Virus record (IMG/VR): IMGVR_UViG_3300037242_000090
Span: 1-61,891 of that record
Direction: 5' to 3' (one strand)
DNA from: a virus
Taxonomy: Duplodnaviria > Caudoviricetes
DNA: 61,891 nt
Shown here: one piece after another, positions 9,273 through 18,594 of the stretch
Position numbering within the stretch: the first letter of the stretch is position 1
Layout of the letters: every line of letters begins with the position of its first letter
The notes under the pieces: model-generated
What the model was told of the DNA's origin: nothing
What the model saw: only the letters and a program-made list of their open reading frames with translations
Database searches by the model: none
Made by a program: the position numbers and the translations under genes

Positions 9273-9827
9273 ATGAACACGGAAGATAAAAACGATATGG
9301 CCTATTGGTTCCCGATATTGCAGTCCACGGGCGTCTTGGTTCCGCGCACTGAAATAATCAAAACCGACGTTGAGCTGATCGCTCTCATGGATGGGAAAAA
9401 GCCCGATGGCTTCGACGAGTTTGTCCGGTGCCTGCGCGCGGCAGCGGATGAATTTGGATACCCCGCATTTTTGCGAACCGGCCAAACAAGCGGAAAGCAT
9501 TTTTGGAATCGAACGTGTTTTTTGGAAAGCGCCGACAACATCAATCAGTGCATTTATGAACTTGTAGAGTTCAGCGAGATTGCCGATTTTATCGGGCTTC
9601 CTTACGGCACTTGGGCGGTACGCGAGTTTCTTAATCTGGAGAGTTCGTTCACGGCGTTTCCGGGCAGAATGCCCGTCAATATGGAGCGGCGATATTTTAT
9701 CGAGGATGGTCATGTTCTTTGCCATCACCCGTATTGGCCAGCATATTCAATTGAGGATCAACGCCCGTCCGCGCCAAACTGGCGAGACCTGCTTGGTAAA
9801 CTGAACCTGGAATCCGATCTTGTTTGA
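9273..9827 (+). CDS. ATP-grasp-like phage protein, possibly C-truncated
   Basis: GYPAFLRTGQTSGKHFW, AVREFL, ERRYFI, HPYWP motifs. Confidence 0.55.
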   Translation: MNTEDKNDMAYWFPILQSTGVLVPRTEIIKTDVELIALMDGKKPDGFDEFVRCLRAAADEFGYPAFLRTGQTSGKHFWNRTCFLESADNINQCIYELVEFSEIADFIGLPYGTWAVREFLNLESSFTAFPGRMPVNMERRYFIEDGHVLCHHPYWPAYSIEDQRPSAPNWRDLLGKLNLESDLV

Positions 9828-9952
9828 CAAGAAGGGCCATCGGCTCATCACCAAAATCAAAACGAAGGATTTCGCCTAATGAAGTTCCGCAGCCTGTCAA
9901 TCTTCCCCCGCCGCACCCGCCAATTCAGGATGGGCGGGAAGGTATATATACC

Positions 9953-10213
9953 ATGAGCAAGCTGCTGACAATTTCCGAAGTGGCCAACGTCCTGCGCTGT
10001 CACCCAAAGAGCGTACTACGGCTCATCCAGCGCGGAAGACTTCGCGCCGTGCATCGTCCGATTACCCAATCGGGTAGGGGCAAGCGCCCCACCCATTTGG
10101 TGTTTGAGACAGATTTGGAAGCCTACATCAATGGTCTTCCTGAAGCGCCTACAGCACAAGGATATCGTAAAGAGAAGCGCCCCCGAGCCCATGCGGTTAT
10201 CCAACTCGTTTAG
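9953..10213 (+). CDS. excisionase-like HTH protein
   Basis: LLTISEVANVLRCHPKSVLRLIQRGRLRA...DLEAYI; convergent with the integrase. Confidence 0.8.
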   Translation: MSKLLTISEVANVLRCHPKSVLRLIQRGRLRAVHRPITQSGRGKRPTHLVFETDLEAYINGLPEAPTAQGYRKEKRPRAHAVIQLV

Positions 10214-11444
10214 ACTTCGAAAAAAGTTGGCGTTCGATATGTCGTGCGACTTTCATCAATTTCTCCCGCATCTCGCCCCTGAGATAGAATTCGTCTATGG
10301 GGAACCGGAGCTTGCGCCCCATGATGACCGCGATCAGGTCTGGATCAATGTCCGCGCCCAACATCATCGTACGGCACATCGCTCGCAGGGTTTTGAATCC
10401 CGTCCGTTTCTTGGCCAGCCCGATCCTGCGCACCATGCGGGAAAAATTCTTGCCGATGGTGTCATTTCTGGATGCGGTCAATGGCCCCAACTCATCAGAG
10501 CGAACCTTGGCGGCGTTACATTTTTGGCCGGCCATGGTCGCAAAGAGCAAATTTCCGTCACCGCGGCGGTGAGCAAGGCTGCTGTAAATTGCATCGACGA
10601 CGCGGCGTGGAATAAAGCAGGCCCTAGGGCGACCCTTTATCTTAACTCTTGGGAAGCGGATCAAACCAGTTTTCAGGTCAACCGAAATCTTGGGCATAGC
10701 GGAAAGATCATCCGAGCCAAACGCACCAAACAATGCCAAAAGGATCTGGGCGTGAAGGTGCGGGTTGCGCGGCGGCAATTTCCTTCCCGATTTGGCGCGG
10801 CGATATTCCCCCAGGCGGCCGGCCTCGGCGATGATGCGACGCAGTTCCGCGATTGTCCAGGCTCGCTCGCCATATTCTCTGTCGCGCGATTCGCGGTGGC
10901 TGTCCAGTTCATGCTTGGGCGGCGGGTCGAACTCGTCCAGGTAGTCGGGGGCCAGCATCATGCTGCGCTTGGCCGCGAACCTAAAAAGCGCTCGGACAAT
11001 TACAATGTGCCGGCTGGCCGCAGAGGGTCCTCGCCTCCGCGCAGCAAGCCGAATGGTTTTGAACAGCTCTGCGGGCTGATTATCCCCGGGCCAGCGACAA
11101 CGGAAATCATGGAGAGGCGTTTTGGGGCTTATGGCCTTGGGCAACATCTTCTGGAGTTCAAGCCGGTATTTGCCAATCTGAACGTCGCTGAGCTTCCCGT
11201 CGGCGTGACGGCCGCACAGGCGCGTCCAGAAAAGATTGATGGCATCGCCGAGGGAATAGCCCTTGGGGGTGTCCCGCTCAGCGTGTCCCCGCTTCCGGTT
11301 TTCTTCGTCGATATTGTAGAGCCGTTCGCTTTCCTCGGCGTCGGCCGTGTATCGCATTTCCCGGCCCTGGCGTTTGCACATCCAGTAGCCGCGCTTATGC
11401 CAATACAGCGGGAAGTCCTTCCTGGGCTTTTGGGGCCGAATCAT
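10197..11444 (-). CDS. int: tyrosine integrase
   Basis: N-terminal arm-binding-like FPLYWHKRGYW, core VRALFRFA, FPRVK, FKTLR, IMGR..Y; adjacent to attP and xis. Start is uncertain. Confidence 0.85.
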   Translation of the reverse strand: MIRPQKPRKDFPLYWHKRGYWMCKRQGREMRYTADAEESERLYNIDEENRKRGHAERDTPKGYSLGDAINLFWTRLCGRHADGKLSDVQIGKYRLELQKMLPKAISPKTPLHDFRCRWPGDNQPAELFKTIRLAARRRGPSAASRHIVIVRALFRFAAKRSMMLAPDYLDEFDPPPKHELDSHRESRDREYGERAWTIAELRRIIAEAGRLGEYRRAKSGRKLPPRNPHLHAQILLALFGAFGSDDLSAMPKISVDLKTGLIRFPRVKIKGRPRACFIPRRVVDAIYSSLAHRRGDGNLLFATMAGQKCNAAKVRSDELGPLTASRNDTIGKNFSRMVRRIGLAKKRTGFKTLRAMCRTMMLGADIDPDLIAVIMGRKLRFPIDEFYLRGEMREKLMKVARHIERQLFSKSKRVG

Positions 11445-11530
11445 TTGCCGCAGTGTGCAACAAGTGTGGAAGAATTTCAACCCCCCCTTGCATCGCTCGG
11501 GAAATGCGATACATTTGGCGCTATGGCTAC

Positions 11531-11577
11531 TGTCCCTGATAAGGACGAGGTCGCAGATTCGAATTCTGCCGAGCCCA
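11531..11577 (+). other. attP core: 3' half of tRNA-Ile(GAT)
   Basis: Anticodon arm TGTCC-CTGATAA-GGACG, AGGTC, T arm GCAGA-TTCGAAT-TCTGC, 3' acceptor strand CGAGCCCA. No 5' half; ~90 bp upstream of int. Confidence 0.85.
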
Positions 11578-11678
11578 ATGCAAATCATCCGACAAAGCAG
11601 GTCGATTCAGACGAATCGCCCAATTTGTTCAGCGTCGCCACATTAGACAATAAATACCTGACGGACGCCGTACATGGT

Positions 11679-12209
11679 GTGGCGGCGGGTGTGCAGAAGG
11701 GGAACGGGCGCGATACCGGGAGTCGTGCCAAGGATCGTGTCGCAACATGCCGTGTCTGCGGAAAGCCCTTCCCGATAAGTGAACGTCAGCTTGTGCGATA
11801 CGATCAACACTGCTGCTCGACTAGATGCATCAGCGCTCGTTCCCGTGCAATTGCTCTTGAACAGCTTGCCCAGAGATTTACGGTTCCCGAATCAACCGAA
11901 CGCCAGCGACGGAGCGCCCATAAGCTTGTTAGTGGTCGCATCCGGCGCGGCGCGATGGTTCGCCCCGATACCTGCCAGTTTTGCGGCGAACCATGCGGGC
12001 CGCGCGCCCATCACCTTGACTACAACAAGCCAGACGAGGTGATATTTCTTTGTGATTCATGCCACAAGAAATGCCACTATCGCCCGGGCTTTGAAGCGAT
12101 GGCCCTATCGCGTGTTGCGCCGACTTCAATTCCAAAAAGCAAAACGGATGGACAGCATCGGGAGCGATCCACTTCCATCTCCCGCACCGGCGGATCGGGG
12201 GGAGAATGA
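11679..12209 (+). CDS. Zn-finger/HNH-like protein
   Basis: CRVCGKPF..CCSTRC, then RPDTCQFC...AHHLDYNKP.EVIFLCDSCHKKCH. Start is uncertain. Confidence 0.7.
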   Translation: MAAGVQKGNGRDTGSRAKDRVATCRVCGKPFPISERQLVRYDQHCCSTRCISARSRAIALEQLAQRFTVPESTERQRRSAHKLVSGRIRRGAMVRPDTCQFCGEPCGPRAHHLDYNKPDEVIFLCDSCHKKCHYRPGFEAMALSRVAPTSIPKSKTDGQHRERSTSISRTGGSGGE

Positions 12210-13759
12210 AACCACTGCGGTTCGGCACATTCTGCTCTGGCATCGGCGCGCCCGAGTGCGCATGGCGCGGGCTGGGCTGGCAACCGGCGTGGTGCAGCGA
12301 AATCGATCCGTTCGCATCGGCGGTTCTGGCGCATCATTTCCCGAACGTCCCCAACCACGGCGATATGACCAAATTGCAGGGAGGCGATCTTGAGCGAGTT
12401 GACCTTGTTTGCGCCGGGACCCCCTGCCAATCCTTCTCTGTCGCGGGCCAAAGAGGTGGAATGGATGACCCGCGTGGCAACCTGGCACTCCGATTTTCTG
12501 AGCATGTTGGCGTTATACGCCCCAAGCAGCTGGTCTGGGAGAATGTCCCCGGCATCCTATCAAGCTGGACGGATGAGACGACGTATGCTCCGTCCGAAGG
12601 ATCGCTTGCCGTTGTTGGAGAAATTGAGCGAATTAGAAAAACCCTTGAGGTGGATGGCATTGACGTTGGCCCAAAAATCAGCAGTAGAGACTTTGAAGAG
12701 GTTGACCAGACCAACGATTTTGACCAATTCACATTCGCCCTTCTTGAACGCGGGCATAGTCTCGCGTGGGGAATCCTGGACGCTCAATATTTCGGAGTTC
12801 CGCAGCGGCGCCGTCGCGTCTTCGTTGTCGGAAGTCTTGGAAACTGGACCGATCCCGCCGCAATATTATTTGACCGCGCTTGCCTGTCTGGGCATCCTGC
12901 GCCGAGCCGAGAGACGGGGCAAGGAATTGCCGCAAGCCTTACGCACGGCGCTGATGGCGGTTGCAATGGCGGATACGCAGGGCGACGGCGCGAAGACGAC
13001 ACAAATCTAATCGCCGCGCCGCTTCGCGCGGTTGGGCCTGGATCGGCGCGCGTCGGCGATTCTCGCGGGCAGGATGCCCTAGTCGCTGGAACCCTGAGTT
13101 GGAACGGTAAGGCTGCGGAGAGCGCCACTCAACAGGACGCCGAATCAAATTTACTAATCGCGCACACACTGAGTGCCGATGGCTTTGACGCCAGCGAAGA
13201 TGGAACGGGGCGCGGGACACCGATCATTCCTATTCTGGAGGTAGGTAAGGGAACAACTTCTCGCGGTGCTGGTCCCAATGGCGCTGGTATCGGCAACGCG
13301 AATGATCCAATGTTCACCCTTCAGGCTGGCGCGCAACACGCAATCGCCTTCCAGAGCAGAGCATCCTCCTGCCAGAGTATGAATCCAAATGAAATCGCGC
13401 CGTCATTGGATGTCGGGAAATCCGGTGGTCTTGCAGTGGCTTTCCAAACTCGCATCGCGCGCAACGGTCGCGGCCAGCCAAAGGAAATCGCCGACGCACT
13501 GACAAGTTGTGAAGGCGGCACGCATGCCGACAGTAAGCCGCATGTCGCGGTGGCCAGCGGAGTGCGCCGATTAACACCACTGGAATGCGAGAGACTTCAG
13601 GGGCTGCCGGACGGGTGGACGGACATCATCTATTGCGGCAAGCACGCCAAGGATTCACCACGTTATCGAGCGATCGGAAACTCAATGGCGGTTCCGGTGC
13701 TGCGCTGGATCGCCCAGCACATCCGATCCGTGGATGAGATTGCGGGGAATCTCCCATGA
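12206..13759 (+). CDS. dcm: DNA cytosine-5 methyltransferase
   Basis: FCSGIG, GTPCQSFS, WENVPG, QRRRRVF, RRLTPLECERLQGLP, AIGNSM. Confidence 0.95.
   Translation: MKPLRFGTFCSGIGAPECAWRGLGWQPAWCSEIDPFASAVLAHHFPNVPNHGDMTKLQGGDLERVDLVCAGTPCQSFSVAGQRGGMDDPRGNLALRFSEHVGVIRPKQLVWENVPGILSSWTDETTYAPSEGSLAVVGEIERIRKTLEVDGIDVGPKISSRDFEEVDQTNDFDQFTFALLERGHSLAWGILDAQYFGVPQRRRRVFVVGSLGNWTDPAAILFDRACLSGHPAPSRETGQGIAASLTHGADGGCNGGYAGRRREDDTNLIAAPLRAVGPGSARVGDSRGQDALVAGTLSWNGKAAESATQQDAESNLLIAHTLSADGFDASEDGTGRGTPIIPILEVGKGTTSRGAGPNGAGIGNANDPMFTLQAGAQHAIAFQSRASSCQSMNPNEIAPSLDVGKSGGLAVAFQTRIARNGRGQPKEIADALTSCEGGTHADSKPHVAVASGVRRLTPLECERLQGLPDGWTDIIYCGKHAKDSPRYRAIGNSMAVPVLRWIAQHIRSVDEIAGNLP
12390..13010 (+). 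CDS. overlapping alternative-frame ORF, putative MTase beta polypeptide
   Basis: 206-aa nested ORF ending SSLSEVLE...YYLT..ACLGILRRAERRGKELP, resembling the M.EcoHK31I beta-type partner. Confidence 0.65.
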   Translation: MSELTLFAPGPPANPSLSRAKEVEWMTRVATWHSDFLSMLALYAPSSWSGRMSPASYQAGRMRRRMLRPKDRLPLLEKLSELEKPLRWMALTLAQKSAVETLKRLTRPTILTNSHSPFLNAGIVSRGESWTLNISEFRSGAVASSLSEVLETGPIPPQYYLTALACLGILRRAERRGKELPQALRTALMAVAMADTQGDGAKTTQI

Positions 13760-14040
13760 CCCCGGCCGCCCCCGACATCCTCGTGTTCCCGCAACCAATT
13801 ATCGCGCAGGCCGACGCTACCGCGCTGCCCCTGGCTGATGCGTCGGTTGATCTGGTTTTCACTTCGCCGCCCTATGTTGACGCCCGCACCTACGGGATCG
13901 GCGCGCAGCGAGATTGCGTCGAGTGGATCGACTGGATGAAGGGCGGCGAGATTTCACAGGCGATCCCGCCTGCTTATACAGAGTTCATCGGTAAACAGTT
14001 TCTCGCGCATGTCGTAGCGCAGACTGCGGTGGTCACATGA
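13756..14040 (+). pseudogene. chimeric methyltransferase fragment
   Basis: N-terminal DASVDLVFTSPPY (amino-MTase) fused to EISQAIPPAYTEFIG (C5-MTase-like C-terminus); only 94 aa. Confidence 0.65.
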
Positions 14041-14786
14041 AGCTCCCGGTCCCATATTTCGAGCGCGACGGGATAACGATCTACCACGGCGATTGCCGCG
14101 AGCTGATGCCGTCTCTTATCGGATCGCTTGAGGCTGACGTTTGCATTGTCGATCCCGTCTGGCCCAATTCGGTGGCTAGCCTGATGGGCTATGAGCGCCC
14201 GGCGGAACTGTTTGCTGAGACCGTCAAGTTCATCCCGCAAATCACCGGCCGTCTTGTGGTTCATTTGGGTTGCGACAGCGATCCGCGATTCCTCGCGTCG
14301 GTGCCACCTTCGATGAAATTCATTCGGTGCTGTTGCCTGGAATACGCATTGGCCAGACCAAAGGGGCGCATTCTCTACACCGGGGACGTTGCGTATGCTT
14401 TTGGCCAACCACCAAAGCCACGGCCAGGTCGATCAATTATCCCAGGCCGAATGATAAGTACCAAATCGGATTATCGTCGCCCGCGCACAATGCCGTCATC
14501 ACGCAAGGCATTCGAGGGCAAATGGACTTTTCATCCGTGCCCGCGTCGGCTCGAACATGTTGCCTGGATCGTGAAGTGGTTCGCCGATGGGCTTGTGTTT
14601 GATCCATTCTGCGGTGTCGGAACAACACTCCTGGCGGCAAAGATGGCCGGGCTGCCGGCGGTCGGGATCGAAATTGACGAAAACTTTTGCAAGAAGGCGG
14701 CGCGTCGGATGGATCAGGGAGTTTTGTTCGGGTCACCTTCCGAGCGCATCCAATCCGTGGATGAGATTGCGGGGGCTCTCCCATGA
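14037..14786 (+). CDS. site-specific DNA methyltransferase (N4/N6, beta class)
   Basis: IYHGDCRE, DPVW (variant DPPY), HPCPR, DPFCGVGTT, GIEID. Confidence 0.85.
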   Translation: MKLPVPYFERDGITIYHGDCRELMPSLIGSLEADVCIVDPVWPNSVASLMGYERPAELFAETVKFIPQITGRLVVHLGCDSDPRFLASVPPSMKFIRCCCLEYALARPKGRILYTGDVAYAFGQPPKPRPGRSIIPGRMISTKSDYRRPRTMPSSRKAFEGKWTFHPCPRRLEHVAWIVKWFADGLVFDPFCGVGTTLLAAKMAGLPAVGIEIDENFCKKAARRMDQGVLFGSPSERIQSVDEIAGALP

Positions 14787-15808
14787 CCACCAGCGCCCCC
14801 GACATTCCGGCGATCGGTGCTGTCGCCCCCTGGTTCGGAAGCAATCGCATGCTCGCGAGTGAAGTCGGCAAACGACTTGACGGTTGCTCGTGGGTTGGCG
14901 TCCCGTTCGCTGGCGGAATGTGTGAACTGCCGTACATCACGGCGCGCACGCTGATGATCAACGACGTTCACCGGCACGTGATCAACCTGGCCCGCGTTAT
15001 GGCCGATCCGCAATTGGGGCCCCGATTGTATCGCCGACTGCGACGGCGACTTTTTCATCCCGACGAACTTGTGCGCGCCCAGGCAATGTGTTTGGTTGTC
15101 GAAGCGGAAATCGGCACGAAAGAAGGCTCGGGGCTTTTTACGGATGAGGAACACGATCGCCTTTTAAATCGATATTCCAGCGGGGACCTCAACTGGGCCG
15201 AGGCCTATTTCGTCTCCGCCTGGATGCCACGACACGGGTCTTCTGGAACATCCGGCGAGCTGAACGCCGGACTTTCGACCCGATGGAATGCTGGCGGTGG
15301 CGACTCCGCAAAGCATTACTGGAACGCTGTCGCGTCGATCCAGGCGTGGCGGCGCATTCTTCGCCGCGCCAATTTCACCACTTTGGACTTCCGCGACTTC
15401 CTTGCCAAATGCAAAGAAATGGGCGTTGCAGGAATCAGTATAGGTCGCGAATTGGATTTGGTGATCGCTGCGCCAGCAAAACCCAGCAGATATATTCCAG
15501 AGTCGATTAAGCGAGAAGTGTATAAAAAGCCCTGCGTAATCTGCGGCGGTAATTTCGGCATCCACGTTGACCACATCAAGCCAATCTCTCTTGGTGGCTC
15601 AAATCATCCGTCGAATCTGCAATCGTTGTGTTGGCTCTGCAACAATAAAAAGAGCAATCGTCTATCAAACACAGAGCTACGCAGGTGGTATCTCGCCGAT
15701 CCAGACTGGTTCAAACAAATGGAGGAGTATCGCCAACGGACTTTAGGCATTAGTCCATTCGACAAACCACCACGCCCGCGGCACAAGGAGGAAATAGGTT
15801 ATGCCTAA
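14783..15808 (+). CDS. Dam-like (D12 class) N-terminal part fused to an HNH domain
   Basis: PWFGS, PFAGG and INDV motifs but no DPPY; C-terminal CVIC..HVDHIKP..GGSN..NLQSLCWLCNNKK. Confidence 0.75.
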   Translation: MTTSAPDIPAIGAVAPWFGSNRMLASEVGKRLDGCSWVGVPFAGGMCELPYITARTLMINDVHRHVINLARVMADPQLGPRLYRRLRRRLFHPDELVRAQAMCLVVEAEIGTKEGSGLFTDEEHDRLLNRYSSGDLNWAEAYFVSAWMPRHGSSGTSGELNAGLSTRWNAGGGDSAKHYWNAVASIQAWRRILRRANFTTLDFRDFLAKCKEMGVAGISIGRELDLVIAAPAKPSRYIPESIKREVYKKPCVICGGNFGIHVDHIKPISLGGSNHPSNLQSLCWLCNNKKSNRLSNTELRRWYLADPDWFKQMEEYRQRTLGISPFDKPPRPRHKEEIGYA

Positions 15809-16673
15809 CCGAATCGTGCGTCGCGGTTTTGTTGATTCCGAACACGTCTGCGCTCTCTCTGACTGGACGCACCGCGTCTATGCAAATCTTCTGATCGAGT
15901 GCGATGATGCAGGTCGATTTGACGGCAGGCTGGAAGTTCTCCGCTCTCGTCTTTTCCCACTTGGATCGAGTCGTCGAACCGAAGATTTCGAGCGCGCCGT
16001 CGCGGAGATGGAATCCAATCTCCTGCTGATCCGGTACGCCTTTGCCGAGCGCCCGCTAGTCCAACTATTGCGGTGGCAGCGGAGCGGAAAGTCCCTTACA
16101 TCAAAGTTCCCATGGAAAGATGGAACCTTTGATATTTGCTACACTTCCCGTCTAACTTCTGATGGTAACAAGGAATTTGTTACCACGTCGATATGTGATA
16201 ACGATGGGATGACTATGCCACCATTATACGGTGTTCATGGGGAACCTTCCAAGTCCAATACGGAGACGGAGACGGAGACGGAGACGGAGACGGAGACGAA
16301 TAAACAGGCTGCGCCTGTTTCCGGCGAGGCGGCCGTACCGCCGTCGCCAGCGGAGGTCGCCGTTCTCTTTTTCCCCACAATCCATCGCAGCGGAGAGCGT
16401 GAATCCTGGCCGCTGTTTCCGTCACAAATTGAAGAATGGTCCAAGGTTTTTGTCGGAATCGACGTGGGGGCCGAGGTTCGCATGGCTCATGCCTGGACCG
16501 ATGCCAATCCGAAACAACGAAAAACTGCTGGCGGCATGAAAAGATTTCTCAATTCCTGGCTCAGCAGAAGCCAAAACCGGGCTAGGGGGAATGGGCAACC
16601 CTTTGGCAAGCGAGTGACTACAGGGCTTCAGGCCAACGTCGAAAAAAACACACAATTTCTGGAGACATTGTGA
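15801..16673 (+). CDS. phage replication initiator-like protein
   Basis: MPNRI..., CDDAGR, poly-ET linker, C-terminal NPKQRKT..GMKRFLNSWLSR. Confidence 0.8.
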   Translation: MPNRIVRRGFVDSEHVCALSDWTHRVYANLLIECDDAGRFDGRLEVLRSRLFPLGSSRRTEDFERAVAEMESNLLLIRYAFAERPLVQLLRWQRSGKSLTSKFPWKDGTFDICYTSRLTSDGNKEFVTTSICDNDGMTMPPLYGVHGEPSKSNTETETETETETETNKQAAPVSGEAAVPPSPAEVAVLFFPTIHRSGERESWPLFPSQIEEWSKVFVGIDVGAEVRMAHAWTDANPKQRKTAGGMKRFLNSWLSRSQNRARGNGQPFGKRVTTGLQANVEKNTQFLETL

Positions 16674-17302
16674 ACCACGGCGAAGCAAAGCGTGTTGGAA
16701 CGTTGGTCGCCAAGTTGTGGCCGGCGGTGACGACGGGCCAACTGGAGGAGGTCGTCGATGAGGTTCAAAAGTACAAGTACGACCGTGCTCTGGCCGTGGT
16801 GAAAACATGCGCGAAGAACGAGAAACACTTATTTTTCAATTGGCCGGGGCTCTGCGGGGCGTTTAAGGATGACGCGATTAAGCACGCCGATCGCAAGAAT
16901 ATCCTAACCCACCGGCGCATCGTGGATTGGATCAGGGACAAGGCGCGGGAACGCAACGATGATCGGTTCGCCGCGCTGGACGACGAGAATTTAATCACGC
17001 TGCATTTCGGTGACTGCGCACAGGCACAGCGCGACCACCAGCCGACGCTTACACAGGAAGTCATCGGAACCGCGCTGGGCATGATCCTGGGCCATGCAGT
17101 GGCGGCGTATCGGGAGATTGGCCTGGACGATGCCAGCGCGCACGAGTTAGCGCGGGCGATCGTTGGCGAATTCAAGCCGTGGAAGCTGGAAAGCGTAAAG
17201 CTGAAACCGCTTCCACCAGCGGACATCGCCAAGGCGCAGGCGAAGCAACTCAGGGAACTGGAACAAGCGCCCGTCGCGGCGGAAAAAGTGACAGCAGCGT
17301 GA
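16670..17302 (+). CDS. hypothetical protein (replication-associated position)
   Basis: GTGA-coupled to the initiator. Confidence 0.65.
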   Translation: MNHGEAKRVGTLVAKLWPAVTTGQLEEVVDEVQKYKYDRALAVVKTCAKNEKHLFFNWPGLCGAFKDDAIKHADRKNILTHRRIVDWIRDKARERNDDRFAALDDENLITLHFGDCAQAQRDHQPTLTQEVIGTALGMILGHAVAAYREIGLDDASAHELARAIVGEFKPWKLESVKLKPLPPADIAKAQAKQLRELEQAPVAAEKVTAA

Positions 17303-17710
17303 CCATTTAAGATTGAGGATGATGATGGACACAACGGCTACAACAAATCGGGCCACGTCTGACACCGGCCGGATAGCGTTCTCGGTTCGGAGCAAGCCTC
17401 AGGCTTACGGCGACGGGGCCACCTTCCATGAATATCTCGTCATCATGCGCGCCGACAACAAAATTGTGGGCGTCAAAGCTGGTCCACGTCGCGAACACAA
17501 ACACGCGCCGCGTGTCGTGCTGCTGGCTACCGTTGCATCCAGAAACTAAAAACGCACCGGCTATTCGTCGTCGAAGTCAGCAAGAAAGACATCGAAAACG
17601 GTGAAGAGCGTTCATGCCGGGCGTGCGCGATCGCTCAGGCTCTGTGGATCAGCCGTGCTATCCAAGACCGGGTGGCTGAGTTGGATAAGCGGGAAGGGAA
17701 GGAAAAAAGG

Positions 17711-17920
17711 ATGAGCCATAAGAAGCAAACGCAACGCAACACCGAATTTGCATGGGGCGTGCGCATAGGAAGTCGTCCCCAAAACCAGCCATACCTTCAG
17801 CTCGACGAACATGGCGCGGGACCGGCCCTGTTTGACAGCAGGAAAACGGCGCTGCGCTACCGATCGGCCCCCGTGGCCGGAAGGGTTGTGCTGGTTAAGC
17901 TGACGTATGCCGCCAAGTGA
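17711..17920 (+). CDS. hypothetical protein
   Basis: Purine-rich RBS, open frame. Confidence 0.5.
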   Translation: MSHKKQTQRNTEFAWGVRIGSRPQNQPYLQLDEHGAGPALFDSRKTALRYRSAPVAGRVVLVKLTYAAK

Positions 17921-17961
17921 GAGAGGTAAGTCGAACAAATACTGAAGGGAAGGTTGATTCT

Positions 17962-18594
17962 ATGGAACACAGGGAACTCACGCCGCTCAAGTGGCCGGAA
18001 GGCTGGGGGCGGACGCTGATAGCCGTTCGTAAGAACAACGGTGTGTGGAAAAAGCCGCTGGGCTTTTATCACGATGCCGTGCTGAATGAACTGAAGAAGC
18101 TTGGCGTATCCGCCGCCACCGTGTCTTACAATGGCCCACCCAGAGAGCGCGTCGACCCCGGCGCTGCGGTATGGTTTTCGCTGAAACCCGCTGCGGATTT
18201 TACTTGGCAACCCGAATTGCAGTTGGAGAACCCGGCACCGTCGCTAGAAGAAATAGATGCGCAGTATCGCTTGCTCGTTCGCAAACATCATCCCGACGCC
18301 GTGGATCTCGGCTCCGGAGGCGATAAACAGATATATCTTCGCCTGAGCGATGCTCGAAAGCGTGCGAAAGCCTGGGTCCTGGGCAACGATGCGCCGGTCC
18401 TGGACAACTGCATCCCATGCGACCGCTTCACGGAGATTCGCCAAAACCTCGCGGCGATCCGCTTGGCGCTGGCGGCGTTCCGGCAACTTGAGAGGGTCGG
18501 CATCCCGGCAATCCTTGAGCGCGTGATGGACCGCGCTTTCAGGACCGCGTTGCCTAAAGATGGAGGGGTGAGCAATGCCACAGCGAATGCTTGA
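17962..18594 (+). CDS. J-domain-containing phage protein
   Basis: PLKWPEGWGRT, DPGAAVWF, YRLLVRKHHPD, CDRF..NL.AI motifs. Confidence 0.75.
   Translation: MEHRELTPLKWPEGWGRTLIAVRKNNGVWKKPLGFYHDAVLNELKKLGVSAATVSYNGPPRERVDPGAAVWFSLKPAADFTWQPELQLENPAPSLEEIDAQYRLLVRKHHPDAVDLGSGGDKQIYLRLSDARKRAKAWVLGNDAPVLDNCIPCDRFTEIRQNLAAIRLALAAFRQLERVGIPAILERVMDRAFRTALPKDGGVSNATANA

Noticed and set aside
10104-12209. 701-aa plus-strand ORF
   Set aside because: Mostly the antisense shadow of the integrase, and it runs through attP. Only the last ~175 aa (HNH-like) look like a real protein.
16260-16298. ACGGAG hexamer tandem repeat
   Set aside because: It encodes the ordinary poly-ET linker of phage replication initiators; in-frame, so no phase-variation signal.
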